Source: Candidatus Kapaibacterium sp.
GTDB taxonomy: Bacteria; Bacteroidota; Ignavibacteria; Kapaibacteriales; UBA2268
DNA length: 64,000 bases
Reading direction: 5' to 3'
Assembly (NCBI GenBank): GCA_963664875.1
Contig: OY761611.1
Location: forward strand, 736,001 to 800,000
Part shown: one piece after another, positions 1 through 10,307 of the stretch
Layout of the letters: each line of letters opens with the position of its first letter
Position numbering within the stretch: the first letter of the stretch is position 1
Translations under genes and position numbers: made by a program
Notes under the pieces: model-generated
Databases searched by the model: none
Told to the model about the DNA's origin: nothing
What the model saw: the letters and a program-made list of their open reading frames with translations, nothing else

Positions 1-1090
1 ACCATTTGAATTTTATAATACTGACGGCAGACGTGTTTATTTTAGAGATTTGTCGCTTTATCAATCAACTACTTCAGGAATCAATAAGCAAAACATTGAG
101 CTACAAGTTGTTAGAAACGACGGTGAGATTCGTTGGATTTTATCAAATACCTCCCCTATTTTTGACGAAAACAACACTCTTATTGCCGGTATTGCAGTAT
201 TTTTAGATATAACAGAACGCAAATCTTATCAATTAAAAATTGAAAAACTTAACAAAGAATTGGAGCAAAGAGTTTTGGAAAGAACAGCTCAGCTGCAAGA
301 CGCCATGGAAGAATTAAAAATATCAAGAGAACAGATAATAAAAGAAACACAAAAACTCTACGAACTAAACGAAAAACTTTATCAATCAGAAGCGGAGCTT
401 AGAGAGGTTAATGCATCTAAAGATAAATTCTTTAATATCATGGCTCATGATATCAAATCTCCTCTTTCCGGATTCCAGTCTATGCTCGAAGTTATGGCTA
501 TCAATTACGAAAGGCTCTCTGTGGAAGAAAATAAAAAATTTATTTCTTTACTTCAGAAAACTTCAAAACAGCTTTTTGATTTGTTAGAGAATTTGCTGAA
601 CTGGTCACGCTCACAAACAGGAACTTTAGAGTTTAATCCTTCGAAAACTGATTTAAGAAACGTCATAGAAGCGACACTAAAGCTGTATCGCAACAATTTA
701 GAATCAAAAAATATCAAAGCAAATCTACAAATTGAATTGTCTGATATCACTGCTGATACTTTCATGCTGAATACAATCATCAGAAATTTGATCTCAAATG
801 CAATTAAGTTTTCATTCGATAATTCCGAAATAGATATAGTCGCAAATAAAAAAGACCAAAATCTGCATATCAGCATTCAAGACTATGGAGTTGGTATAAA
901 AGAAGAAGATATTTCGAAACTATTTAGAATTGATGTCAATCACACAACAATAGGTACTAAAAAAGAAGCAGGTACTGGTTTGGGGCTAATTATTTGTAAA
1001 GAATTTACCGAGAGACACGGTGGAACAATAAACGTTGACAGCAAGCCAGGAAATGGTTCTACTTTTACAATAGTTATACCGGCACGTTAA
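1..1090 (+). CDS. PAS/PAC-domain sensor histidine kinase (5'-partial)
   Basis: Frame is open from position 2. PAC-like segment (RNDGEIRWILSNTSPIFDE...DITERK), coiled coil, H-box (FNIMAHDIKSP), N-box (RNLISNAIKF), G boxes (DYGVGI, GTGLGL). Confidence 0.93.
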   Translation, partial: PFEFYNTDGRRVYFRDLSLYQSTTSGINKQNIELQVVRNDGEIRWILSNTSPIFDENNTLIAGIAVFLDITERKSYQLKIEKLNKELEQRVLERTAQLQDAMEELKISREQIIKETQKLYELNEKLYQSEAELREVNASKDKFFNIMAHDIKSPLSGFQSMLEVMAINYERLSVEENKKFISLLQKTSKQLFDLLENLLNWSRSQTGTLEFNPSKTDLRNVIEATLKLYRNNLESKNIKANLQIELSDITADTFMLNTIIRNLISNAIKFSFDNSEIDIVANKKDQNLHISIQDYGVGIKEEDISKLFRIDVNHTTIGTKKEAGTGLGLIICKEFTERHGGTINVDSKPGNGSTFTIVIPAR

Positions 1091-1115
1091 AATCAAACTG
1101 ACCATTTGTAAACAA

Positions 1116-1147
1116 AAAGGAACTGCTTTGACTAAAACAGTTCCTTT
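1116..1147. terminator. Probable bidirectional intrinsic terminator
   Basis: Stem AAAGGAACTG/CAGTTCCTTT between convergent genes. Confidence 0.75.
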
Positions 1148-1174
1148 GATTTACTTTATCAAAAAAGTTAAAAC

Positions 1175-2374
1175 TTATAACATTCCAACTTCTTTAAGGC
1201 AAGCTTTGATTCTATCCACAGTATCCTGAGGGTTATTATCCAAGCCCATAGAGAATCTTACTAAGCCCGGAGTCATGCCCATTTCGTCTTGTTCTTCCTG
1301 TGGAATTTCAGATGAAGTAGAGCTACCCGGAGCAGAGAACAATGTTTTATAGAAACCGAGAGAAACAGCAAAAAAACCAATTTTAGCTTCTTGCATTTTA
1401 ATAAGTAATGTATTCGCAGTTTCAGCTGTTTTACAGTCGATAGTAATCATACCGCTATAGCCATATTCAGGATTAATCATAGATTTGATTAACTCATGTT
1501 GCGGGTGAGAAGGAAGACCCGGATAGAATACTTTAAGACCTGCTTTTTCCAATTCTCCAGCGACATGCATAGCGTTAGCACTGTGTTGTTTCATTCTTAT
1601 ATGCAATGTTCTCAAGTTTTTCAAAATTGAAGCTGAACGCAATGGATCGATAACAGGACCTAAAAGCATAGCAGCTCCATCAATAACACTCTTCATGCTT
1701 AGGATGAAGTCATGATCACCACATACAGCACCTGCAGTAGCGTCATTAGTACCGTTGATATATTTTGTCATTGAATAAACAACAATATGAGCACCCCATT
1801 CTTTAGGGCTAACTACCATTGGAGAAAATGTGTTATCAACTACTAATTTGCAACCATATTTATCTGCAAGTTTGCGAAGATTAGGAATATCAGCGATTTC
1901 AAGCAAAGGATTGCTGATAGTTTCGCAATAAATAACTTTTGTATTTTCTGTGATTGCGGCTTCTACAGCAGCAAGATCAGTTATTTTTACGAATGTAGTG
2001 TTGATGTTATAACCCGGAGCAAAGTTTTTCAAAAATGCATAAGTTCCACCATATATTGTTCTCGATGAAACAATGTGGTCACCGGCTTTGCATAGTTGCA
2101 TTAGACAAGAAGTAATTGCACCCATACCACTACCCATAACTTGAGCATCTTCAGTATTTTCTATCTGAGCCAAAGCAGCTGACAAGAACATATTGCTCGG
2201 ATTTAAGTGTCGAGAGTATAAGAAGCAGCCTTCTACTTCTTCACTGAAAAGCTGTTGCATTTTTTCAGTTGTAAGGAAAGTAAAGGTCGCAGAATCAGTT
2301 ATAGAAGGGTTTACACCACCAAACTCACCAAAAACATGGTAATCTTGCAATCTCATAGCAGGATCTTTATGCAT
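1175..2374 (-). CDS. PLP-dependent Cys/Met metabolism enzyme, probable methionine gamma-lyase
   Basis: YSR motif, GMGAI, DNTF, PLP-lysine motif SMTKY. GEFGGVNPSI and SLGFYKTL..GSSTSSE resemble the plant/Bacteroidota MGL clade. Start moved to ATG 2374 (SD AAGGAG). Confidence 0.85.
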   Translation of the reverse strand: MHKDPAMRLQDYHVFGEFGGVNPSITDSATFTFLTTEKMQQLFSEEVEGCFLYSRHLNPSNMFLSAALAQIENTEDAQVMGSGMGAITSCLMQLCKAGDHIVSSRTIYGGTYAFLKNFAPGYNINTTFVKITDLAAVEAAITENTKVIYCETISNPLLEIADIPNLRKLADKYGCKLVVDNTFSPMVVSPKEWGAHIVVYSMTKYINGTNDATAGAVCGDHDFILSMKSVIDGAAMLLGPVIDPLRSASILKNLRTLHIRMKQHSANAMHVAGELEKAGLKVFYPGLPSHPQHELIKSMINPEYGYSGMITIDCKTAETANTLLIKMQEAKIGFFAVSLGFYKTLFSAPGSSTSSEIPQEEQDEMGMTPGLVRFSMGLDNNPQDTVDRIKACLKEVGML

Positions 2375-2527
2375 AATTTTCTCCTTAAAATTAAAATCTT
2401 TATCTTTTCGATTTGCAATCGTTATAATAGAAGCAAAATTGCTAAAAATACTCCTATAAAACAAGACTAAAGAAAATAAATTTAGCTAATTATACGTTTA
2501 TTGAAGGTTTTTACAAGACATAATTAG

Positions 2528-3784
2528 CTAAAAGCTACAAGTCATAAGATAAAGCCTATTTCCTATCCTTCCAAGTGCTTCATACCTATTAGCAAATCTA
2601 TTGTAGCGTGGAGATGTCAGATAATCCATCATTTTTCCTGCATACTGCAATCCCGAGTTTAAATCTCTAACTATCATGGAACTATTTGTGCTGTAGGCTA
2701 ATGTACCAGCACCGGGTTTAAATGCATAAGTTGCTGATTCGGAGAGTTGAAGGGGTATTGGTATTTTTTTTCCGCTAACACCAATGAAACAATCAAAAGA
2801 ACCACACCCAACATAAATAACATCTTCTCCATCATAAGTAAATTTGGGTTTTCCTACGTTTAATCCTGCATTGTAATCAGCTCCATTTAGCACAACAAGC
2901 ATTTCATTATGTTTAATAGCATTGTAGGTTATCATTGGTTCAGTAGGGTGCAAATCGAGATAATAAGCTTGATCATAATCCTGGCCGTAAAGTAAATCTG
3001 TATATCTGTCGGAAATAATGACACCAGTAGCTTTGCCGGATGATTTTGTAACTAAAAATCCGGCAGCATTAGCTTCCAGATTTAATCTGACTTCGCTAAT
3101 TGAATTAAAGTTTTCGGATATCTCTTCCTCTCCTTTGAACACAGACCAATTATAACCATTTTTAGCTGCATATAATATCTTGCCATCTAACCAAAAACCA
3201 AATGGAAGAATATCATCATACGTTTCAATTTCATTGCCGTTTACATATAATGTAGGTCTATTACCTAGTTTTCTCAAATAAGCTAATCTATATCCCATTT
3301 TTCCTACATATAACCTTCCTACTCTATCGCTCATTTCGTACTTCATATTTCCACAGATAACCACTTCGCTATTGCTTTCAAAATAACTGTAAGCCATTAC
3401 TTCAGAATCAGGACTAAAAACAATTTCTCCAGCTCCGGTAGCATGAATATCTAAAATCGTATCGTTACAAATTATCTTCCAGTCACCACCATAAGTCGCA
3501 AAATATGCCCATCTTTTACCGTTGGGTGAAAAAACAGGCTGGGTAAATTTATCATAAACTTTGGATTCCTTGCCATTTATATGCATCCTATATCTCTCCG
3601 GAAAAGGAGCAGTAACAGCCCACCAGTTATAGGTAGTATCCATACCGAAATCTACTAAATCTTCGGCACCGTTTAAGAGCATATAATCTTTACAATTATC
3701 TGCCAAAAGTGTGTAACAAAATCCGAGTAAAACTGTTATTATTATTATGATTTTGCTATAAAGTGGAAATAATATTTTGCTCAT
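2528..3784 (-). CDS. Secreted TolB/WD40-like beta-propeller protein, function unknown
   Basis: N-terminal hydrophobic signal; repeated FSPNG/FSPDS/FTYDG blade motifs. Confidence 0.65.
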   Translation of the reverse strand: MSKILFPLYSKIIIIITVLLGFCYTLLADNCKDYMLLNGAEDLVDFGMDTTYNWWAVTAPFPERYRMHINGKESKVYDKFTQPVFSPNGKRWAYFATYGGDWKIICNDTILDIHATGAGEIVFSPDSEVMAYSYFESNSEVVICGNMKYEMSDRVGRLYVGKMGYRLAYLRKLGNRPTLYVNGNEIETYDDILPFGFWLDGKILYAAKNGYNWSVFKGEEEISENFNSISEVRLNLEANAAGFLVTKSSGKATGVIISDRYTDLLYGQDYDQAYYLDLHPTEPMITYNAIKHNEMLVVLNGADYNAGLNVGKPKFTYDGEDVIYVGCGSFDCFIGVSGKKIPIPLQLSESATYAFKPGAGTLAYSTNSSMIVRDLNSGLQYAGKMMDYLTSPRYNRFANRYEALGRIGNRLYLMTCSF

Positions 3785-3925
3785 ATCGATAAAAGATTTG
3801 TTTATTTGAAAATAATTTATAATTTACAGGAAATTCGTTTAAGTCCTATTGTCAAGATATATAAAAAGGAGCATCTATGCAAATTGCTACAGATTAGATC
3901 TGTAAACTATTTACTTGGGGCAATT

Positions 3926-6900
3926 ATGAAAAACACAAAATCTCTAATTTGCATGGTGATATATTTTGCAATATTCTCCTTTTTGCTTAATACACCTTCA
4001 TTGGCTCAATCGTTCGAAATTTTGAATATTGAGTCTAAAAACTTCCCCAACATGGAAGCATTTTATATAGCTAAAGATGCTAGCGGAAATCCCAATTCTT
4101 CATTGACTTTGAAAGAATTTGAAGTCAGTCTAAATGGTAAGATGCTTAGCTCTGCAGCTCCATCGAATTTAAAACAAGACTGTCAGGTAGAAAACTATGC
4201 AACTCCATTTGCAGCTGTTTTACTATTAGACTGTTCGACCTCTATGAACGATGAAGTATCATACGGCACTCCCCGTTTCAAATGGATGGAAAAAGGAGTA
4301 GCCGAGTTTATTGATTCGCTCAGAATGAATCCAAAATCAAGAATGAAAGTAGTTCCTTTTTCTACGGACGAGCGTACGGGATCAAATTGGTCTAATGATA
4401 AAGTCTATCTGAATAAATGGATTGATGACAACATGAATGACTATTATGGTGCTACTGATTTTAATGATGCTCTTCTCCCTTCTCTTGACAAAAATAAAAA
4501 AGGTGCTGTAAATTATCTTAAAGAAGTAGATCAGTCATTGCCTAAGTTCATCATCATGATTACCGATGGTAAATACGAAGGTCCTGATGAATTTAGATAT
4601 CAGGAAGTTATTGATTCCTGTATTGCTAATGACATCGTTTTTTACTCTATTTCAATACAAACTAATGTTGATAGCGGTTTAAATTATTTAGCCAATGATT
4701 CTAAAGGAAAGACTTATACTGCAAGTAAAGAAAGTGATGTGAGCTACTATCTGCAAAAAATACTTCAAAAAATTGAAATTCGCAATGTGTGCCGTTTCAC
4801 TTGGGTTAATCCTTACATCTGCGAGGGAGACTCCAAAACCCAAAACTTAGAAGTTACCTGCAAATATTATGGCATTACAGACACAGAGTCTTACACATTA
4901 GATGATAATGCAGTAGCAACTGCCGAAGTATCTGATAACAAATTATTTGTCGGCTCTATAAGCAAAGGTCAAAATAGTGCGACTTTCCAAATAAGTGCTG
5001 ATAAAACTAATTTTACTGTTTCTGATTACGCTATTTCAGGTGACCCGGATAAAACTAAGTTTACAATTAGTCCTAAACCGCCATTTACTGTCAGTGCTTC
5101 AACTCCAACTGAAGTAACAGTAACTTATGTAAAAGATCCTGCTGACCCATCAGCAAAATACACCTTGTCTTTCACAAGCACACCTTGCGATATTCCTGTT
5201 GTCGATATCATTGCCCCATGCTATGGTGAATCAGTATCTGTTATCGATTTCGGCGATGTTCCTGTAGGTTCAGTAACTCCAAAAACTCAAACTGCAGTGC
5301 TAAAAAATACTACACCTGAGCCAATTTCGGGTAATGTGATTTTAGAAGGTAAAGATGCAGCTGATTTCACTATTACTGCCGGAGGTGGAGCTTTTACTAT
5401 CAATCCGGGTAGTTCTTTAGATGTTACTATCGAAATTAATCCTAACTTAGTTGGTGTAAAGACTGCGAATCTTAACTTCCAGATTGAAAATGCCGATTAT
5501 TGCGGTAATTCTACAACAGATATCACTGCTAATGCTCAGGCAACAAACTTCCCTATTCAACCAATAGCTTTCGGATTGAATAGAGTAAGTAACAAATTGA
5601 CAATCACTCACTCCATTGCAAACACCAGACAGAGCGATGCTACTATAAAAAGTATGAAATTGGAAAACAACTCCGGTGCGTTTAATTTGATTACTCCTTT
5701 CACTGGTAGCATTAGTGCAGGTTCCAGCGAAGACATTACTATCGAATTTACTCCGGATGCAGAAGGTAATTTTGATTGTGATTTAGTTTTAGATATTGAA
5801 GATTTGGACAATCCTGTAATCGCCAAAGTTACAGGGATAGGTGGAGTTCCGATTATAGACGCAAAAGGTAATACTTATGCAGCTTTGAAAGCAGGTCAAA
5901 AATCTGCACCTATGAATGTAACAATTCAAAATACGTCAAACTACATGGATATGCACATTGAAGAAATAAAATTTGCAAATCCTACAAACGATTTTGAAAT
6001 AGTGAGCGGTACAAAATTAAAAGATATCATAGTTCAAAAAGGTGCAAAAATAGACATCCCGGTTGTATTTACTCCTACTAAAGGCGGAATGCTAACTGCA
6101 AATATTCAGATAATCAATGATGCATTAGCCGGAATGGAACCTGTAACTTATCAGACAACTACAGTAGAAGTTAAAGGCGAAGGACTTGCTCTTCAGGTAA
6201 ATCCTACGGAATTGAACTTTGGCAATATCTTATCTTGTGATGCTAAGACAATGACTGTAACGATACCTAATAACTCAACTTCAGAAATGACTGTTTCACT
6301 TGCTTTATCAGGTACTAACACATCTGAATTTGCTCTCGACAAATCAGATTTATCAATTCCTGCAGCCGGAAATGGAACTTTTGATGTGTTATTCCAACCT
6401 ACTCAAAATGGTTCGTTCACAGCTCAAGTCGATATTGTAACTAATAACGGCACTGCAATAGTTGCTTTAAATGGCTCTGCTTACGGCACTGAGGTTATGA
6501 GTAGTTTCAAGCAAGGCACTGCAGATTTCAATATGGCTCAGATAGCAGTTATTTCAGGTTTAAATTCTATAGTATTCGAACTTGAAACTAATCTTCCTAA
6601 CGATTTGATTGATTTGCCAAGCGAGATTACTTACAATCTTAATATGGATTACAAATATTCACTCAGATACTTGGATAATTCGTTTATCCCTGCTTCAGGC
6701 TGGACTCTGAAAGAAGTAAATACATCTGAAGAAGACAACGGCAAGTTATCGATTACAATAACTCCAACCGCTTCCGCAGGTAAAAATGTAAAAAGTAAAA
6801 TAGCACTCAAAGGCTATATTGCAGATACAGACTCTTTGAATATCAATCTGTCAGTAGATTTCCCTGCTATGCCTTGTCTTATCTCTAAGGGCGACAACCT

Positions 6901-7219
6901 ACCTGTGAAGCTCATCAGCTGCTTTACAGAAGGAAATCTCATAGATTTAAGTGAATATCAGATGGGAAAAATCAAAATTAACGGCAATCCTGCTATAGAA
7001 ACTTCTACTATTGATTTCAGTATTGCTTATGACACTTATGTTGAAATTTATATCTATGACTCTATGGGCAAAAAAGTTGCGACTCTGCATGACGGCATAC
7101 TCAAAGAAGGAAATTATTCCGACAAAGTGCCGTACGAGCTTTTAGAATCAGGTGTTTACAATATCACTATGAGGGCAGGCGTTTATCATACTACAACAAG
7201 GCTTGCAATAATCAAATAA
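3926..7219 (+). CDS. T9SS-secreted VWA + choice-of-anchor D (ASH-like Ig) repeat protein
   Basis: Signal peptide from ATG 3926; MIDAS DCSTS, ATDFNDAL, MITDG; repeated Ig modules (IDFGDV...F.P...G); C-terminal sorting domain (IYDSMGKKV...LESGVYNITM...RLAIIK). Confidence 0.85.
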   Translation: MKNTKSLICMVIYFAIFSFLLNTPSLAQSFEILNIESKNFPNMEAFYIAKDASGNPNSSLTLKEFEVSLNGKMLSSAAPSNLKQDCQVENYATPFAAVLLLDCSTSMNDEVSYGTPRFKWMEKGVAEFIDSLRMNPKSRMKVVPFSTDERTGSNWSNDKVYLNKWIDDNMNDYYGATDFNDALLPSLDKNKKGAVNYLKEVDQSLPKFIIMITDGKYEGPDEFRYQEVIDSCIANDIVFYSISIQTNVDSGLNYLANDSKGKTYTASKESDVSYYLQKILQKIEIRNVCRFTWVNPYICEGDSKTQNLEVTCKYYGITDTESYTLDDNAVATAEVSDNKLFVGSISKGQNSATFQISADKTNFTVSDYAISGDPDKTKFTISPKPPFTVSASTPTEVTVTYVKDPADPSAKYTLSFTSTPCDIPVVDIIAPCYGESVSVIDFGDVPVGSVTPKTQTAVLKNTTPEPISGNVILEGKDAADFTITAGGGAFTINPGSSLDVTIEINPNLVGVKTANLNFQIENADYCGNSTTDITANAQATNFPIQPIAFGLNRVSNKLTITHSIANTRQSDATIKSMKLENNSGAFNLITPFTGSISAGSSEDITIEFTPDAEGNFDCDLVLDIEDLDNPVIAKVTGIGGVPIIDAKGNTYAALKAGQKSAPMNVTIQNTSNYMDMHIEEIKFANPTNDFEIVSGTKLKDIIVQKGAKIDIPVVFTPTKGGMLTANIQIINDALAGMEPVTYQTTTVEVKGEGLALQVNPTELNFGNILSCDAKTMTVTIPNNSTSEMTVSLALSGTNTSEFALDKSDLSIPAAGNGTFDVLFQPTQNGSFTAQVDIVTNNGTAIVALNGSAYGTEVMSSFKQGTADFNMAQIAVISGLNSIVFELETNLPNDLIDLPSEITYNLNMDYKYSLRYLDNSFIPASGWTLKEVNTSEEDNGKLSITITPTASAGKNVKSKIALKGYIADTDSLNINLSVDFPAMPCLISKGDNLPVKLISCFTEGNLIDLSEYQMGKIKINGNPAIETSTIDFSIAYDTYVEIYIYDSMGKKVATLHDGILKEGNYSDKVPYELLESGVYNITMRAGVYHTTTRLAIIK

Positions 7220-7242
7220 ACAAATGATATAAGTAAATTACG

Positions 7243-7273
7243 AGGGAGCTTTGAAATGAGCTCCCTTTTTTTT
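7243..7273 (+). terminator. Intrinsic terminator
   Basis: AGGGAGCT/AGCTCCCT stem plus T-tract. Confidence 0.85.
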
Positions 7274-7358
7274 ATCTTTACTTTATGTTTTAAGTAAGTA
7301 GAGACAATTCAATATTTTAGTCTTAACTAATTATATTTATATATTTGGAGTTATTACC

Positions 7359-8423
7359 ATGATCCAACAAATTCGCGAATATCTTGGTGCAGATGCTGAA
7401 AATCTTTTGGGATTTGACAATCCAAAAATTAAAAAAGAACAGCTACACTTGCCTTCTCCTTCTTTTGTCGATGATATTTTTATCAATTCTGACAGAAACA
7501 ACAGAGTTTTAGGCAATTTAGAATGGATATTCAAACATGGTAGATTAGGCGGAACAGGCTATATGTCAATTTTACCGGTAGATCAGGGCATAGAACACTC
7601 TGCAGGTGCAAGCTTTGCTAAAAATCCGGCATACTTTGACCCTGAAAACATCATAAAATTAGCTATTGAAGGTGGCTGTAATGCAGTTGCTTCTACTTTC
7701 GGTGTTCTTGGCATGATGTCCAGAAAATATGCTCATAAGATACCTTTTATCGTGAAAGTTAATCATAACGAGCTTTTGACATATCCTAATGAATTTGACC
7801 AAGTAATGTTTGGCAGAGTTGAGCAGGCATACGAAATGGGTGCTGCAGCAATTGGTGCTACTATTTACTTTGGATCTGAAAACTCTCGTCGCCAGATTAT
7901 CGAAGTTTCCGAAGCTTTCCAATTAGCTCATGAATTAGGCATGGGCACTGTGCTTTGGTGCTACCTTAGAAATAATGAATTCAGTAAAGATAAAGATTAT
8001 CACGTTGCAACTGATTTGACAGGACAGGCAAATCATCTTGGAGTTACCATAGCTGCTGACATCATCAAACAGAAAATGCCTGAGTGCAATGGCGGATATA
8101 CTGCTTTGAACATGGGCAATTCGAGCTATGGAAAAATTGACAAAAGAGTATATACAGAGCTAACTTCTGATCATCCAATTGATTTGACTCGCTATCAGGT
8201 AGCGAACTGCTATATGGGTAGAGCCGGTCTAATCAACAGCGGTGGAGCTTCCGGCAGCAACGACTTCGGTCAGGCAGTAACAACTGCTGTTATTAACAAA
8301 CGTGCCGGCGGTATGGGTCTGATTTCAGGAAGAAAAGCATTCCAAAGACCTATGGAAGAAGGCGTGCAACTACTAAATGCTATCCAAGATGTATATCTTT
8401 GCGATGATGTAACTATCGCATAA
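7359..8423 (+). CDS. fbaB: Class I fructose-bisphosphate aldolase (DhnA/FbaB family)
   Basis: [29 protein letters not shown] Schiff-base Lys, [10 protein letters not shown]; SD GGAG. Confidence 0.95.
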   Translation: MIQQIREYLGADAENLLGFDNPKIKKEQLHLPSPSFVDDIFINSDRNNRVLGNLEWIFKHGRLGGTGYMSILPVDQGIEHSAGASFAKNPAYFDPENIIKLAIEGGCNAVASTFGVLGMMSRKYAHKIPFIVKVNHNELLTYPNEFDQVMFGRVEQAYEMGAAAIGATIYFGSENSRRQIIEVSEAFQLAHELGMGTVLWCYLRNNEFSKDKDYHVATDLTGQANHLGVTIAADIIKQKMPECNGGYTALNMGNSSYGKIDKRVYTELTSDHPIDLTRYQVANCYMGRAGLINSGGASGSNDFGQAVTTAVINKRAGGMGLISGRKAFQRPMEEGVQLLNAIQDVYLCDDVTIA

Positions 8424-8456
8424 AAAATCTTCAGCTTTTTGGAGTAAAAACTACTG

Positions 8457-8487
8457 AACCTCTCAATTTAAGTTGAGAGGTTTTTTT
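8457..8487 (+). terminator. Intrinsic terminator
   Basis: AACCTCTCAA/TTGAGAGGTT stem plus T-tract. Confidence 0.85.
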
Positions 8488-8543
8488 ATGTTGTATTTAT
8501 GAAATTATGTTGACTTATTCTAAGTTTTTTCAAATTTTTTTTG

Positions 8544-8551
8544 TATGTTTG
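8544..8551 (+). promoter_or_regulatory. Bacteroidota-type -7 promoter element (TAnnTTTG)
   Basis: TATGTTTG 36 nt upstream of ATG 8588. Confidence 0.5.
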
Positions 8552-8587
8552 CCTGATACGCTTTTGTAAATATAAATCTGACTAACT

Positions 8588-9619
8588 ATGCACAAAAACA
8601 TCAAAAAGATAATACAATACATCATTTCTTTTGTCATTATGATTGCCGCTATTTATTGGGCAGTTAAAGATATAGATGTCAAGGATGTTTATAATATACT
8701 CAAAGAAGCAAATTATGTTTGGGCTTTTGTTCCGATTCCAATAATGTTACTATCTCACTGGATAAGAGCTATGCGTTGGAAAACAATGCTTAAACCAATC
8801 TTTGAAGCTAAATCTACTTTCAATCTCTTCTCTGCTGTGATGATAGGATATGCTATGAATAACATAATAGCACGATCCGGCGAGTTTTTAAGGCCTTATG
8901 TAGTATCCAAAAGAGAAAAAGTATCTTATACATCACTCTTTGCTACTATTATCATGGAGAGGATTATTGATGTATTCACATTATTAGGATTATTTGCTGT
9001 TTCATTCTTTGTGTTTTCAGATAAAATTTTAAAAATCTTACCTGAGGAGCTGGACGAGAAAAACATAGCTGTAATTTCCGGATTAGTCCTTATTGTTCTA
9101 ATATCCAGCTTTTATAAACCATTAGTAGATAAAGTTTTAGCTTGGACTATAAAACCGTTTTCCGAAAAACTTTTTGTACGTATTTCTGAATTATTTGTAA
9201 AGTTTCGTTCCGGTTTTGCGATTATAAAACGACCATCTCAATACTTTAGACTGATTGTTGAGTCATCTCTTATTTGGTTTTGCTATGCACTTCCAATGTA
9301 CGTAATGTTTTATTGCTTTGATTTTGTTGCTGTTTATAATTTAGGCTTGTCAGATGCACTTATTTTATTGATTGGCTCAGGTATTGCTATTTCTCTTGCT
9401 CCGACTCCCGGAGGTATAGGTGTGTATCATGCAGTTATTGCAGGCACTTTAGAGGCACTTTACGGCATCCCTAAAGAAGTAGGTCTTGCTTATGCCACTA
9501 TCAATCATGGGGTGAACCTGCTTGTTCAGTTACTTGTTGGACTTGTATTTCTATATCGTGAAAAAATCACAAAACTTCCCGATAAAGATGTTCTAAATAG
9601 CGAAGCAAGTGCTGTATAG
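8588..9619 (+). CDS. Lysylphosphatidylglycerol synthase TM / UPF0104 flippase-like membrane protein
   Basis: RAMRW, N..ARSGEFLRP, ERIID, PTPGGIGVYH motifs; multiple TM helices. Confidence 0.88.
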   Translation: MHKNIKKIIQYIISFVIMIAAIYWAVKDIDVKDVYNILKEANYVWAFVPIPIMLLSHWIRAMRWKTMLKPIFEAKSTFNLFSAVMIGYAMNNIIARSGEFLRPYVVSKREKVSYTSLFATIIMERIIDVFTLLGLFAVSFFVFSDKILKILPEELDEKNIAVISGLVLIVLISSFYKPLVDKVLAWTIKPFSEKLFVRISELFVKFRSGFAIIKRPSQYFRLIVESSLIWFCYALPMYVMFYCFDFVAVYNLGLSDALILLIGSGIAISLAPTPGGIGVYHAVIAGTLEALYGIPKEVGLAYATINHGVNLLVQLLVGLVFLYREKITKLPDKDVLNSEASAV

Positions 9620-9642
9620 AGCCGTGCTGATATTTTGTTTTT

Positions 9643-10155
9643 TTACTTTATAAAATGATTGAGTATAAATATCATAATTGGCATAATGCAAATAGACAAA
9701 AACAAAACAAAGTACATAACATTGCTTTCGTAATAGTGAAGATATGCATATAGCCCAATAGAAGTTAGCAATAGGTCATCATCAACTTTATCCATTATCC
9801 CCATAAAGCCGGTTTGTCTGTTACCAGACAAGACACTGACATTCGAATGCGAAATACTCCATTTGGCACTAAGAAAATGCATACCTACATCTAATATATA
9901 CAAATTATTGTTGTACCAGATTTGTGCTTCATTAAGTAATTTCCCGAATCGAATATCTGCTACTATTTCGCCGTTATTATCGCTAACTTTTATGCTTTTA
10001 CTTGTTTTACCGTCAGATTTGAAAAAGTAGTTTTCGCTACCTATCTCGCAAACGGAACGATATTTATTAGATACAAGGAAGTTTGCTATTTCTTCATCGT
10101 TTTTGACGAGCTTGAGGGTGCTCTTTTTTGGATTGTATTTCCAACTATACTGCAT
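9643..10155 (-). CDS. Hypothetical protein, beta-rich body with C-terminal TM anchor
   Basis: 170-aa ORF filling the gap; hydrophobic C-terminus; no N-terminal signal. Confidence 0.6.
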   Translation of the reverse strand: MQYSWKYNPKKSTLKLVKNDEEIANFLVSNKYRSVCEIGSENYFFKSDGKTSKSIKVSDNNGEIVADIRFGKLLNEAQIWYNNNLYILDVGMHFLSAKWSISHSNVSVLSGNRQTGFMGIMDKVDDDLLLTSIGLYAYLHYYESNVMYFVLFLSICIMPIMIFILNHFIK

Positions 10156-10242
10156 TATTTTCTCTGATATTCAACTGTTTCGGTACAATATTAAATCTAT
10201 CTAAATATTATATATTTTGCAAGTAATAGTTTTATAATTTAC

Positions 10243-10275
10243 AAAAAAACTGCTCCGGCATATAGCTGAAGCAGT
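10243..10275 (-). terminator. Intrinsic terminator (minus strand)
   Basis: Imperfect 11-bp stem preceded by an A-tract on the + strand, downstream of the 10308..10958 gene. Confidence 0.6.
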
Positions 10276-10307
10276 CATTTAGTAAGAAATATATTTTTGG
10301 CTGAGCC

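Noticed and set aside
2375-2527. SAM riboswitch upstream of the methionine gamma-lyase-like gene
   Set aside because: Short AT-rich spacer with no recognisable SAM-I or SAM-II consensus.
3806-3925. Longer starts in the ORF track (also 2464, 30971, 34702, 45025)
   Set aside because: Downstream ATGs fit better with an SD, a signal peptide or the domain start; the extensions cross promoter regions or neighbouring genes.
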